Below the pieces are notes generated by a model. The model saw only the letters and a program-made list of their open reading frames with translations. It was not told where the DNA came from and searched no databases. A program made the translations under genes and the position numbers. A stretch of 64,000 bases of DNA from Eledone cirrhosa. Lineage: Eukaryota. Every line of letters begins with the position of its first letter. Within the stretch, counting starts at the first letter, position 1. The DNA lies in contig OZ024746.1 in assembly GCA_964016885.1 (NCBI GenBank), forward strand, positions 100,192,001 to 100,256,000, in the 5' to 3' direction. Below are positions 1-11,698 of the stretch, in pieces.

Positions 1-509
1 CTAAATTTCACTCTCGCAGTATTTATGAATCCAGGTTAAGATTAGGGTTTAACAGTTAGGGTTAGGTTTATAAGGCTACAATAGTAAGCATTCAAGTTGC
101 TATACAGTAAAATTGAACATGAAACCATGAAGATAGTGAAGTTTTTAACCATATGGCTATGCCTGAGTCGACATGCTAATATATTTTGTGCCCTTTAATC
201 ACGCTGTGCATGTACTAAATTCAATGTATGTATATATTTTAGGAACAGATGTGTTTATGAAATTTGTGACTTTCTCAATTTAGTAACAACATTTTTTAAA
301 AAGTGAAGGGGTGCAGAAAGGAATGGTACTATACCGAAGTTCATCTTCCATTACATATTTTCTCACCTAGATAACTGAATGAGGAATTTATTATTTTGTT
401 TATCCTGTTCTAGAATTTATCTCACTTTAAGTAAGGCTATACTTGTTTTGTTGATGCCACTGAGGTGCTGCTCCAGTTACTGCATCTGATGACATTGGAG
501 GTCTATCAC

Positions 510-705
510 TTAACCCTTTAGCATTTAAACCGGCTGTATCTGATCAGAATTCTCTCACCTCTTTCTGTTCAAACAGATCGTAACTGGCCACTCATACTTA
601 TGTTAAGTTATTGTTCTCAAAATATATAATATCAAAATTTCATAGATTCGATATTATGGGAGATAAAGCTTTTACCGTGAAAATACAATAGTATTTTCCT
701 GTAAA
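510..705 (+). mobile_element. piggyBac-type MITE family 1, 3'-degenerate copy
   Basis: Starts TTAA-CCCTTTAGCATTTAAACCGGCTG and its body matches the complete copies at 6019 and 14464; right TIR eroded. Confidence 0.7.
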
Positions 706-834
706 TTGAAAAAATTTATAAACACCTTCGATTTTCAGATCTAATTGGACCTTCAACAGGTGTCTATATCATCTAATTAACCGCAAGGAAACGTATTTGC
801 TGAGTATATATACTCATTTGCTCTCAATCTATAT

Positions 835-1230
835 CATCATCATCATCATCACTGTTTAACGCCCATTCTTCCAAGCTAGCATGGCTTAGATGAGTTGTCT
901 GATATCTGCCCAGTCAGATGACCACATCTTGCTCATACAGAACTAATTTCAAGGCCAACCACATTTACAATGTGTACTGGGTGCTTTCTGTCATGACATT
1001 TACATGACCACTTTACAGAGTGGGTTGGGTGCTTTTGTCGTGACACCTGCAGGAATACTTTACAGTGTGGGCTGGGTGCTCTTTGTCGTGACACCTACAC
1101 GACCAATTTACAGTGTGGACTGTACTTTTTGTCATGTGTGGACTGGGTGAAGTTTTTCATGACACCTACACAACCACTTTACAGTGTGGACTGGGTACGT
1201 TTTTTGTGTCACCTACACAACCACTTTACA
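835..1230 (-). mobile_element. RTE-type 3' UTR/tail fragment with internal ~40-bp tandem units
   Basis: (CAT)n tail, then repeated 'ccactttacagtgtggactgggtgcttttgtcgtgacacctacac' units homologous to the RTE 3' UTR at 30946-31335. Confidence 0.65.
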
Positions 1231-1235
1231 ATCAC

Positions 1236-1572
1236 TTTTTATGGCCTAGGGCCCGCATTAGGTGAAAAGCTTCATTTTTTCAGCTTTTTAGGGCTTTTTT
1301 GAGGCGTTACGTCTAGCCGATTTTCCCGAAATTTCAAGGCATATTATGCACATAAAAAAAATTCATTTTCTTGATCCCCGAGGGCCCGCATTAGGTGAAA
1401 ACCTGACTTTTTCCTGCTTCATCGAGGAAAATCTTAGATTATCCCGCCATCAGAGTATTCGGTTTATTTTCCTTACATATTGTCCAGGCATGCAGTTTTT
1501 CCACGATTAGGTCTGTTGGCGGCCCGCTTTCCAAAATACCTTATCCCGTACAACGCCGGGTACCACTGCTAG
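1236..1572 (+). mobile_element. Non-autonomous Helitron 3' portion
   Basis: Ends cccgtacaacgccggg (hairpin)-taccactg-CTAG|T, the Helitron 3' terminus; internal direct repeat agggcccgcattaggtgaaaa at ~1248 and ~1381. Confidence 0.65.
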
Positions 1573-1619
1573 TATATATATATATATATACTCAGCTGAA
1601 GCATATAGACAATATGCCA

Positions 1620-1787
1620 CCATCCCCTCCCACTGCAAAGTGGTTGTGGGGGTGCCACGGCAAAAAAAAAAACCCACCCCACACTGTAAAGTGGACATGT
1701 AGGTGCCATGGAAAAAAAGTTCCCAGCACTCACTGCAAATGACAACCCATGCTAGTGAGGAAGAACGGACGTAAAATGGTGATGATA
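1620..1787 (+). mobile_element. SINE/RTE 3' tail fragment
   Basis: cactgcaaagtggt...cacactgtaaa...aacccatgctag...ggacgtaaaatg(gat)n, matching the SINE-A and RTE tails in this window. Confidence 0.6.
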
Positions 1788-2240
1788 CTCACACACACAA
1801 AGAATTGGCTCGTCAATGCTAGAATGTCTGATCATAAGACTGAACAACTTGTCAACACTTCTCTCACAATTACCAAATATTTTATATATTTTACAGTTTT
1901 TTTTCAATAACTGAAATTCGTCATTGAAACAACAAAATCAAAAATATTTTTAATTAAAAGAAAGAAGATAGTTGTGGAACATGTCAGCTTGATCAGGTGA
2001 CCAACGTGAGACAAAACTATTCCAAGAATAGAACAGAAACTATCATATATATATATACACATATATATATATGCTGGTTGTAATGATTATGACAATATAT
2101 ATGTACATAAATATGTGTGTGTGTGTGTGCGTGTGCGTGTGTTTAAAAAAAGGAAAAGAATGACTTCACATGTAGTACTAAACAACTTGATTTAATTTTA
2201 TAATTTTATATGGTAGATCTAGTGTGTGTGTGTGTGTGTG

Positions 2241-2276
<36 letters not shown>

Positions 2277-2394
2277 TACACCCACACATATATATATAGC
2301 TTGTCTTTTATTTCCCATTGTTTTGTATGTTGCCCTAATAAAGCTTTTGGAATGTAGACTGAAACAATAAAACCTTGACTTGTGTGGGTGTGTA

Positions 2395-3622
2395 TATGTG
2401 GGTGTAGGAGAGTGTGTGTGCCTGTGAGTATGTGGGTGTACGAGAGTATGTGTGCGTGTGAGTAGGTGTGTGTGTGTGTGTGAGTGTGTGGGAGTGTGTG
2501 TATGTGAGTGTAAGTGCACGTGTAAGAGTGTGAGTGAGTGTGTAAGTGTGTAAGTGAGTGTGTAAATGTAAGTGTGTAAATGTAAGTGTGTGTGTAAGTG
2601 TGTGTGTGTAAGTGTGTGTGTGTGTAAGTGTGTGTGTGTAAGTGTGTGTGTAAGTGTGTAAGTGAGTGTTTAAGTGAGTGTGTAAGTGTGTAAGTGAGTG
2701 TGTAAGTGTAAGTGTGTAAGTGAGTGTGTAAGTGAGTGTGTGTGTGTAAGTGAGTGTGTATATGTAAGTGTGGAAATGAGTGTGTAAGTGAGTTTGTAAG
2801 TGTAAGTGTGTAAGTGTAAGTGTGTACGTGAGTGTGTAAGTGTGTAAGTTAGTGTGTAAGTGAGTGTGTAAGTGTGTAAGTGTGTGTGTGTAAGTGAGTG
2901 TGTAAGTGAGTGTGTGTAAGTGAGTGTGTGTAAGTGAGTGTGTGTAAGTGAGTGTGTGTAAGTGAGTGTGTATATGTAAGTGTGGAAATGAGTGTGTAAG
3001 TGAGTTTGTAAGTGTAAGTGTGTAAATGTAAGTGTGTACGTGAGTGTGTAAGTGTGTAAGTTAGTGTGTAAGTGAGTGTGTAAGTGTGTAAGTGTGTGTG
3101 TGTAAGTGAGTGTGTAAGTGAGTGTGTGTAAGTGAGTGTGTGTAAGTGAGTGTGTGTAAGTGAGTGTGTGTAAGTGAGTGTGTAAGTGTGTGTGTAAATG
3201 TAAGTGTGTGTAAGGGAGTGTGTAAGTGAGTGTGTAAGTGTGTGTGTGTAAGTGTGTGTGTAAGTGAGTGTGTAAGTGAGTGTGTAAGTACGTTCGTAAG
3301 TGTAAGTGAGTGTGTAAGTGTGTGTAAGTGTGTAAGTGTGTAAGTGAGTGTGTAAGTGAGTGTGTAAGTGAGTGTAAGTGTGTGTGTAAGTGAGTGTGTA
3401 AGTGAGTGTGTAAGTGAGTGTAAGTGTGTGTATAAGTGAGTGTAAGTGTGTGTGTAAGTGTGTGTCTATGTGTGTGTGTGTAAGTGAGTGTGTAAGTGTA
3501 AGTGTGTAAGTGTGTGTGTGTAAGTGTGTGCGTGTAAGTGTGTGCGTGTAAGTGTGTAAGTGAGTGTGTAAATACGTGCGTAAGTGTAAGTGAGTGTGTA
3601 AGTGTGTGTGTAAGTGTGTGCA
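2395..3622. repeat. Compound (GT)n/GTAA/GTGA simple repeat
   Basis: Directly visible gtgtaagtga-type units; explains the His/Thr-rich ORFs. Confidence 0.95.
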
Positions 3623-3651
3623 TGTATGTTCATCTTTCTATCAAATGATAT

Positions 3652-4026
3652 ATAATTATTTCTACCTTTGGCACAAGGTCAGCAATTACCCCAGTGTATT
3701 ACTGGTACTTTATTTTATCGACCCTGTAAGGATGAAAGGCAAAGTTAACCTCGGCGGGATTTGAACTCAGACTGGCAAGGGCCGTAACTATGCGTCAAAG
3801 CATTGCGTCCGACCCTCTACCGATACTGCCAATCCACCACCACCATTAGCAGTATCGGTAGAGGGTCGGACGCAATGCTTTGACGCATAGTTACGGCCCT
3901 TGCCAGTCTGAGTTCAAATCCCGCCGAGGTTAACTTTGCCTTTCATCCTTACAGGGTCGATAAAATAAAGTACCAGTAATACACTGGGGTAATTGCTGAC
4001 CTTGTGCCAAAGGTAGAAATAATTAT
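3652..4026. mobile_element. Head-to-head pair of SINE family B copies forming a perfect palindrome
   Basis: 3652-3829 is the reverse complement of 3849-4026; carries a B-box-like gagttcaaatccc and the central motif gaggttaactttgcctttcatcc...gtcgataaaataaagtacc. Confidence 0.9.
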
Positions 4027-4277
4027 TACTACTACTACTACTACTATTATAATAAAGAAATCATTATTGTTGTTATTGTTATTGTTGTTGCTATTGTTAT
4101 TGTTGCTGCTGCTGCTATTGTTATTGTTGCTGCTGCTGCTGCTATTGTTGCTGCTGCTATTGTTGCTGCTGCTATTGTTGCTATTATTGTTGCTGCTGCT
4201 ATTGTTGCTGTTATTGTTGTTGCTGCTGCTGCTATTGTTGTTATTGTTGTTATTGTTATTATTGTTGTTGTTGTTTT
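4027..4277. repeat. Compound trinucleotide repeat (TAC/TAT/TGT/TGC)n
   Basis: Directly visible; produces the poly-Leu ORF artefact. Confidence 0.95.
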
Positions 4278-4377
4278 CAATTATTTTTACTTTGAAAAGA
4301 AGAGGAGAAACTATATAAGAAAAAAACGGGTATTTTCCTCCCTGAATGGTGAACTCTTATTTACAGTGTGGGGGATA

Positions 4378-5637
4378 TAGAGAGTGTGTGAGAGAGAACT
4401 AGAGAGTGTGTGAGAGAGAACTAGAGAGTGTGTGAGAGAGAACTAGAGAGTGTGTGAGAGAGAACTAAAGAGTGTGTGAGAGAGAACTAAAGAGTGTGTG
4501 AGAGAGAACTAAAGAGTGTGTGAGAGAAATAGTGAGTGTGTGAGAGAGAACTAGAGAGTGTGTGAGAGAGAACTAGAGAGTGTGTGAGAGAGAACTAAAG
4601 AGTGTGTGAGAGAGAACTAAAGAGTGTGTGAGAGAGAACTAAAGAGTGTGTGAGAGAAATAGTGAGTGTGTGAGAGAGAACTAGAGAGTGTGTGAGAGAG
4701 AACTAGAGAGTGTGTGAGAGAGAACTAAAGAGTGTGTGAGAGAAATAGTGAGTGTGTGAGAGAAATAGAGAGTGTGTGAGAGAAATAGAGAGTGTGTGAG
4801 AGAAATAGAGAGTGTGTGAGAGAAATAGAGAGTGTGAGAGAAATAGAGAGTGTGTGAGAGAAATAGAGAGTGTGTGAGAGAAATAGAGAGTGTGTGAGAG
4901 AAATAGAGTGTGTCAAAGAAATAGAGAGTGTGTGAGAGAAATAGAGAGTGTGTCAAAGAAATAGAGTGTGTGAGAGAGAAATAGAGAGTGTGAGAGAGAA
5001 ATAGAGTGTGTGAGAGAGAAATAGAGTGTGTGAGAGAGAAATAGAGTGTGTGAGAGAGAAATAGAGTGTGTGAGAGAGAAATAGAGTGTGTGAGAGAGAA
5101 ATAGAGTGTGTGAGAAATAGAGAGTGTGTGAGAGAAATAGAGAGTGTGTGAGAAATAGAGAGTGTGTGAGAGAAATAGAGTGTGTGAGAGAGAAATAGAG
5201 AGTGTGAGAGAGAAATAGAGTGTGTGAGAGAGAAATAGAGTGTGTGAGAGAGAAATAGAGAGTGTGAGAGAGAAATAGAGTGTGTGAGAGAGAAATAGAG
5301 TGTGTGAGAGAGAAATAGAGTGTGTGAGAGAGAAATAGAGTGTGTGAGAGAGAAATAGAGTGTGTGAGAAATAGAGAGTGTGTGAGAGAAATAGAGAGTG
5401 TGTGAGAAATAGAGAGTGTGTGAGAGAAATAGAGAGAATGTGTGAGAGAGATATAGAGAGTGTGTGAGAGAGATATAGAGAGTGTGTGAGAGAAATAGAG
5501 AGTGTGTCAGAGAAATAGAGAGTGTGTCAGAGAAATAGAGAGTGTGTCAGAGAAATAGAGAGTGTGTGAGAGAAATAGAGAGTGTGTGAGAGATATAGAG
5601 ATATAGAGAGTGTGTGAGAGATATAGAGAGTGTGTGT
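4378..5637. repeat. 18-22-bp GA/GT-rich minisatellite (gtgtgtgagagaaatagaga)n
   Basis: Directly visible tandem units. Confidence 0.95.
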
Positions 5638-6018
5638 GCATGCATGAGTGTATGTGAGCATGTGTGCACATGTTTGTGTTTGTGCATGTGTTTATGAGCG
5701 CACATGTGTCCGTGTGTGCATGCTGCACATTGTGTACATATGTTCATGTGTGAATGTAGGATGTGTGTTGATGCATATCTGCACACACGTGCGCGTGCGT
5801 GCGTGCGTGCGTGCGTGCGTGTGTGAATTCAACTGTACATATGTCAGTTCCAGTCCACAAACCTCACAACTGTACAACTGTACAACAATGTCCATGGTAG
5901 AATTATTTTTACTTTGATTTGTATTTCACTTTGGAAGTATTTATTATTTCAAGGAATTTATAAAGAACCCAAATAAGACAAACAAGATCCATACCAAGAT
6001 GTGTAAACAGAGATGGAC

Positions 6019-6247
6019 TTAACCCTTCAGCATTTAAACCTGCTGTAACTGACCAGAATTCTCTCACCTCTTCCTGTTCAAACCGGCCATAACTGGCTGC
6101 TCATACTGATATTAAGGTATTGTTCTCAAAATAAATAATATCAAAATCCCGTAGATTTGATATTATGTGAGATAATTATGTGAGTTAAAGCCTTTACCAT
6201 GAAAATACGATAGTATAAATAAAGTATTGTAAATGCTAAAGGGTTAA
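6019..6247 (+). mobile_element. piggyBac-type MITE family 1, complete
   Basis: TTAA-CCCTTCAGCATTTA ... TAAATGCTAAAGGG-TTAA: TIRs with CCC/GGG termini and TTAA target duplication. Confidence 0.85.
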
Positions 6248-6547
6248 GAAGCATTGGGAAAAATTTGAAACTTTGAAATGTAGTCAATTGCTGGACAAAT
6301 TTTACAGGTGAAACCAACAGGTAGGAGACCAAGGAGTAGACTCCGAACAAGATGGTTGGATAACATCCATGTGCTTAGCTGGTCTGACTTGGGGATCCAG
6401 CCAGATTAGTTGGAGATGGTTGCTTCTGATAGGACTCACTGGAGAGAGTGTTTGAAGACTCTGCCCTCACAACTCTCTCAGGAATAAGTGGGCGAAGAAG
6501 AAGTCATTCCAATGCAGAAATGACCACATTAGTCTTCTTCTTTGCTC

Positions 6548-6770
6548 ACTTATTCCTGAGAGGGTTGTGGGGGCAGAGTCCTCAAACACTTCTTCCACCG
6601 GGTCCTGTCAGAAGCAACCATCTCCAACTGATTCAGCTGGATCGCCAAGCATGACCAGCCAAGCTCATCTTGCTCGGGCTCTACCTCAGGGTCTGGTCTC
6701 CTGTCGGTTGGTTTTGCTCACAAAATCTGTCCAGTGATTCTTTCTTGAGACATTCTAACCACATGGCCAT
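6548..6770 (+). repeat. Unclassified interspersed repeat (second copy ~16806-17018)
   Basis: Shared ttcctgagaggg...cagagtcctcaaaca...ggtcctg.cagaagcaac...accagccaagctca...gagacattctaaccaca. Confidence 0.6.
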
Positions 6771-7286
6771 AGATCTCTCAATTTGGAGAAGTCGTGACTG
6801 ATCTGAGATCACCTCTGGATTAAAAAGTAAAATTTATCTGTGAGAGATTTGAATACAGAAATATCAAATATTATTTAGTTCAACACTGAACTACTTTCAA
6901 TAAATCCATCAAACTAACGTTGAATAACAACAATAAGATCCTCTATATGATCACACAAATTGCTAGAAATAGCAACCAAATCCACTTGAAAGCATATGCT
7001 ACCAAAGCTCAAGGCTGGAATACCTTTGTTCATAGGTCTGCTCAACCAGGACTGACCTGGAGCTAAACAATTACAGAAATGTAAAAACTGGAGTAAGAGA
7101 TTTTCTGAAAACAATCATCATCGTCATTTTCTCATTAACTTTCCATACTGGCATGGGCCGGACGGCATTTTTTGAGGCAATGTTTTACAGAAGGATGTTT
7201 ATTCCTGACATTAACCTTTTTAGTCACTTCTTACGACATGTAGAGATATGGGGTACCTATTCTAAACTGGTTCCACATGTTGACTA

Positions 7287-7416
7287 TTCACCATTATAAT
7301 TGTTTCTACGTTAGGCACAAGGCCAGCAATTACCCACTGCATTACTGGTACTTTATTTTATCGACCCCGTAAGGATGAAAGGCAAAGTCAACCTCGGCGG
7401 GATTTCACCATTATAA
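7287..7416 (-). mobile_element. 5'-truncated SINE family B with 13-bp TSD
   Basis: SINE-B 3' half flanked by ttcaccattataa at 7287 and 7404. Confidence 0.85.
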
Positions 7417-7565
7417 AAATTAGTTTTAAAATATTTGACAATGAAACCATTTAAATCTAACCCCTTTAACCCTTTCATCATTGCATTTCTAATGAAATAC
7501 ACTTTTTTTTCAATTAATTAATGAACAATTCTGAGGGATTTACTAAAATTATTAAAAACAATATA

Positions 7566-7722
7566 GTGTAGGACAGAACAAAGGAGAGACACAAAATAAG
7601 AAACCATTCACTGAGGAGGTTACAGAATGTGTGACAAAAGAGCTTTAAAAATATATAAACAACCATCTGGTTATTAAACCAACCAACCGGAAATTTATAA
7701 TAAATTGAAGTGAAAACCAACA
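7566..7722 (+). mobile_element. Solo Penelope-like 3' end (pLTR) inserted in a piggyBac MITE family 2 copy
   Basis: Homologous to 20389-20546, the 3' end of the GIY-YIG element; includes a CTGAGGA hammerhead-like core. Confidence 0.75.
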
Positions 7723-7833
7723 GGTGTGTGTGTTTTTATTGGCAACATGAACCCCCTCCCCTCCCCACCAAGTATAGCAATATCAATTATTTCATTACTA
7801 TGGTAGAAACTTAATGTAAAGTTCTTATATATA

Positions 7834-7864
7834 ACTAGCAGAGGTACTTGGCATTGCTCGGGTA
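7834..7864 (-). mobile_element. Helitron 3' terminus
   Basis: Minus strand reads cccgagcaatgccaagtacctctgCTAGT, similar to the end at 1546-1573. Confidence 0.5.
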
Positions 7865-7917
7865 TTAAATAGCAGTTATGTATACCATTTATGTCAATAC
7901 TTCAGTGCTGCTTCAAA

Positions 7918-8390
7918 AACTTTTATGCACCCATACTTTGCATTTGGAACATAAAATGGAGTTTCTACCTACTCATTTCCTACACACTAAGTATGGCCAT
8001 TTCCCAGATGGGACCGGTGCCCTATTTTCCTTCCTACAAACTAGAACTTTAGTCTTAGACAGGTTAATTTTAAGGCCTTTTGATTCTAGGCCATGCTTCC
8101 ATGTTTGGAATTTCTTCTCTAGTTCGGCCATTGATTCAGCTATGAGCGTTAGATCATCTGCATATAGGAGTTCCCATGGGCAGCCGGTCTTGAACTCCAC
8201 TGTTATAGCCTGAAGGGCAATAATAAATAGTAGCGGGCTAAGAACGGAGCCCTGATGAACACCAACTTTTATGCTAAACTCTTCACTATATTCGTTGTTA
8301 ATTCTAACCTTGCTGACTGTTTCTTTATACATGGCTTGTATAGCTCTCACAAGCCATTCATCAACACCTAGTTTTCTAAGAGCCCACCAG
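7918..8390 (-). mobile_element. RTE-clade LINE reverse transcriptase fragment
   Basis: GVHQGSVLSPLLF...WELLYADDL...GLKINLSKTKVL RT motifs; same family as 29948-31335. Confidence 0.92.
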
Positions 8391-8400
8391 ATATATATAT

Positions 8401-9675
<1,275 letters not shown>

Positions 9676-9763
9676 ATAATAATAAATGTGAAGACTAAAA
9701 TCCAAAGAAGGCTCGATAAGGATAAATATATATCAAATATATAAGAACACTAGAGCAAAAATT

Positions 9764-9887
9764 TATTAAAATAACAGATTAAAGTTTAAGCAAAGAATCG
9801 CTGCTTTCACCCTTAACTGAAACTGAGTTTCAGAAGATCTCGTTAAGGGTGAAAGCAGCGATTCTTTGCTCAAACTTTAATCTGTTA

Positions 9888-9895
<8 letters not shown>
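9764..9895 (+). ncRNA. Fold-back element with degenerate type I hammerhead-like motif (9825-9877)
   Basis: 54-bp inverted arms; gagttt-CAGAAGA-stem II-GAAA-gcag..ttgc-TC-aaactt; one core substitution (U4 to A). Confidence 0.5.
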
Positions 9896-9926
<31 letters not shown>

Positions 9927-10080
9927 CCAAGGATTAATATGGTTCATTAATATGGTTCATTGATTACTCAATGAATATAGTTTTACAATAGATTAAAAGC
10001 ACTCTACAAAGAAATTTTCTGGAGTTATTAATATTATTCAGAATATTAATAAATGAAGACATTCACATAATCAAAATATA

Positions 10081-10149
10081 TGTTTTATTATATATATTTC
10101 GAAGGTACTGTGCTGTTTTTTTCAGTACGTCCTCATCAGATAAAATACA
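10081..10149 (-). ncRNA. Minimal type I hammerhead ribozyme (Penelope-type) within a 10036-10267 fold-back element
   Basis: Minus strand ttttat-CTGATGA-ggacgtactg..cagtaccttc-GAAA-tatata-TA-ataaaa: complete core, stems I and II pair, palindromic stem III. Confidence 0.8.
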
Positions 10150-10408
10150 TGAATTGATGTATGACATACCTCAACTGTCTGAAAAAACAGCACAGTACCT
10201 TCGAAATATATATAATAAAACAAATATTTTGATTATGTGAATGTCTTCATTTATTAATATTCTGAATTATATATATATTATAAATATATTATAAAGCTTG
10301 AAAAAAATCAACAATAATTTTTATTAAAGATTATCTTTCTTTTTCGTTTTAATTTTTTATAGATGAGAAGGATGGAGTATTTCAGTAGTCATTAAAATAT
10401 GGATATTT

Positions 10409-10980
10409 TAACACTCATTTCTAATGAAAAACATTGTATCATTTCAATTAAATATTAATGAATTTGGAGGGATTAATTAATTGTTTCATTATTAGGGTAG
10501 AGGATTGGCAATATTAGAGCATTGGACATTAAGCTTTGCGGCATATAGTTATGGCCCTTTACATTCTAAGTTCAAATCCTACCATGGTTAGCTTTACCGT
10601 TCATCCTTAGGAGGTCAATAGAATAAAGTACCAGCAATGTACTAGGGTCAATTTAATCAACTTTCCCCTCCCACTAAAATTGCTGGCCTGGTGCCTAAAT
10701 CAGAAACCATTACTAACAGTACCAGTAATACACTGGAATAATTGCTGGCCTGGTGCCTAAATCAGAAACCATTACTAACAGTACCAGTAATACACTGGAA
10801 TAATTGCTGGCCTGATGCCTAAATCAGAAACCATTACTAACGTGGTATTTGTAACAATTTAACAGAATATTCTTATGTCAAATTATATTGGAAGGTTTTA
10901 ATTTAAATAGGAACCCTTTAAAATGGTCGATTTTATTTCGTAGCAAGAGAGGTGGGGTGGGTTAGTTATCAAAAGGTTCA
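10409..10980 (+). mobile_element. piggyBac-type MITE family 2 interrupted by a SINE-B (10495-10840) with triplicated 62-bp tail
   Basis: MITE-2 motif catttctaatgaaa before, and ggaaggttttaatttaaat...ttttatttc after, the SINE; tail units start at 10679, 10741 and 10803. Confidence 0.7.
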
Positions 10981-11698
10981 AATCTGTATTTTTTTTTTTT
11001 TTGTGAAGGGGTTGGGATATATCTCACTTAGTATTTTTCATTTCTCTAACTATCCATATGTTAACCATAGTTATGAACTAGTATTGCTATTTGGAATGAA
11101 TGCCATTTTATGTTTTCAATTATGGTCACTTGATGATGGCTGGAGAAAAGAGATGCAGAATATTAAAAACAATAAAGGTGGCATACAGTGAACAAAGTTC
11201 GTTAACCGTTTCATCCAGGATGTACACCTTGAGAAAGTGGGTTCTGCTGTAGCCTTAGGTTAGCCAAGACCTAGTAAGTGAAATTTGGTAAAAGGAACCA
11301 TATGTACATATATATATATCCTGTGTATGTCCTAGTTTTTAGAATAGATATGCCTCATACCAGCATGGAAAGATGGATATAAAATAGTGATGATACGATG
11401 ATTATATATATATGTATATATATATATATATTATATATATATATGTATATTATATATATATATGTATATTACATATGACATGTGTGTGAGTATATATATA
11501 TATACATATATATATATTATATATAGTACATGTGTGTGTGTATATATACATATATAAATATATATATTACATATGCGTGTGTGGGTGTGTGTGTATAGTT
11601 ATATGTGTTTGTGTAAACTGATTCCTAGAAGTCCATTCCTGTATGTGAAAATCCTAACACTGAATCATTTCAAAAATAGAGAGACAAAAATAAACTCT

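Noticed and set aside
42-68. TTAGGG telomere-like motifs
   Set aside because: Only two or three scattered units; not a telomeric array
4004-4318. Poly-Leu and poly-Ala/Thr ORFs (also poly-Val at 42723 and 37790)
   Set aside because: Trinucleotide microsatellites with no splice or domain support
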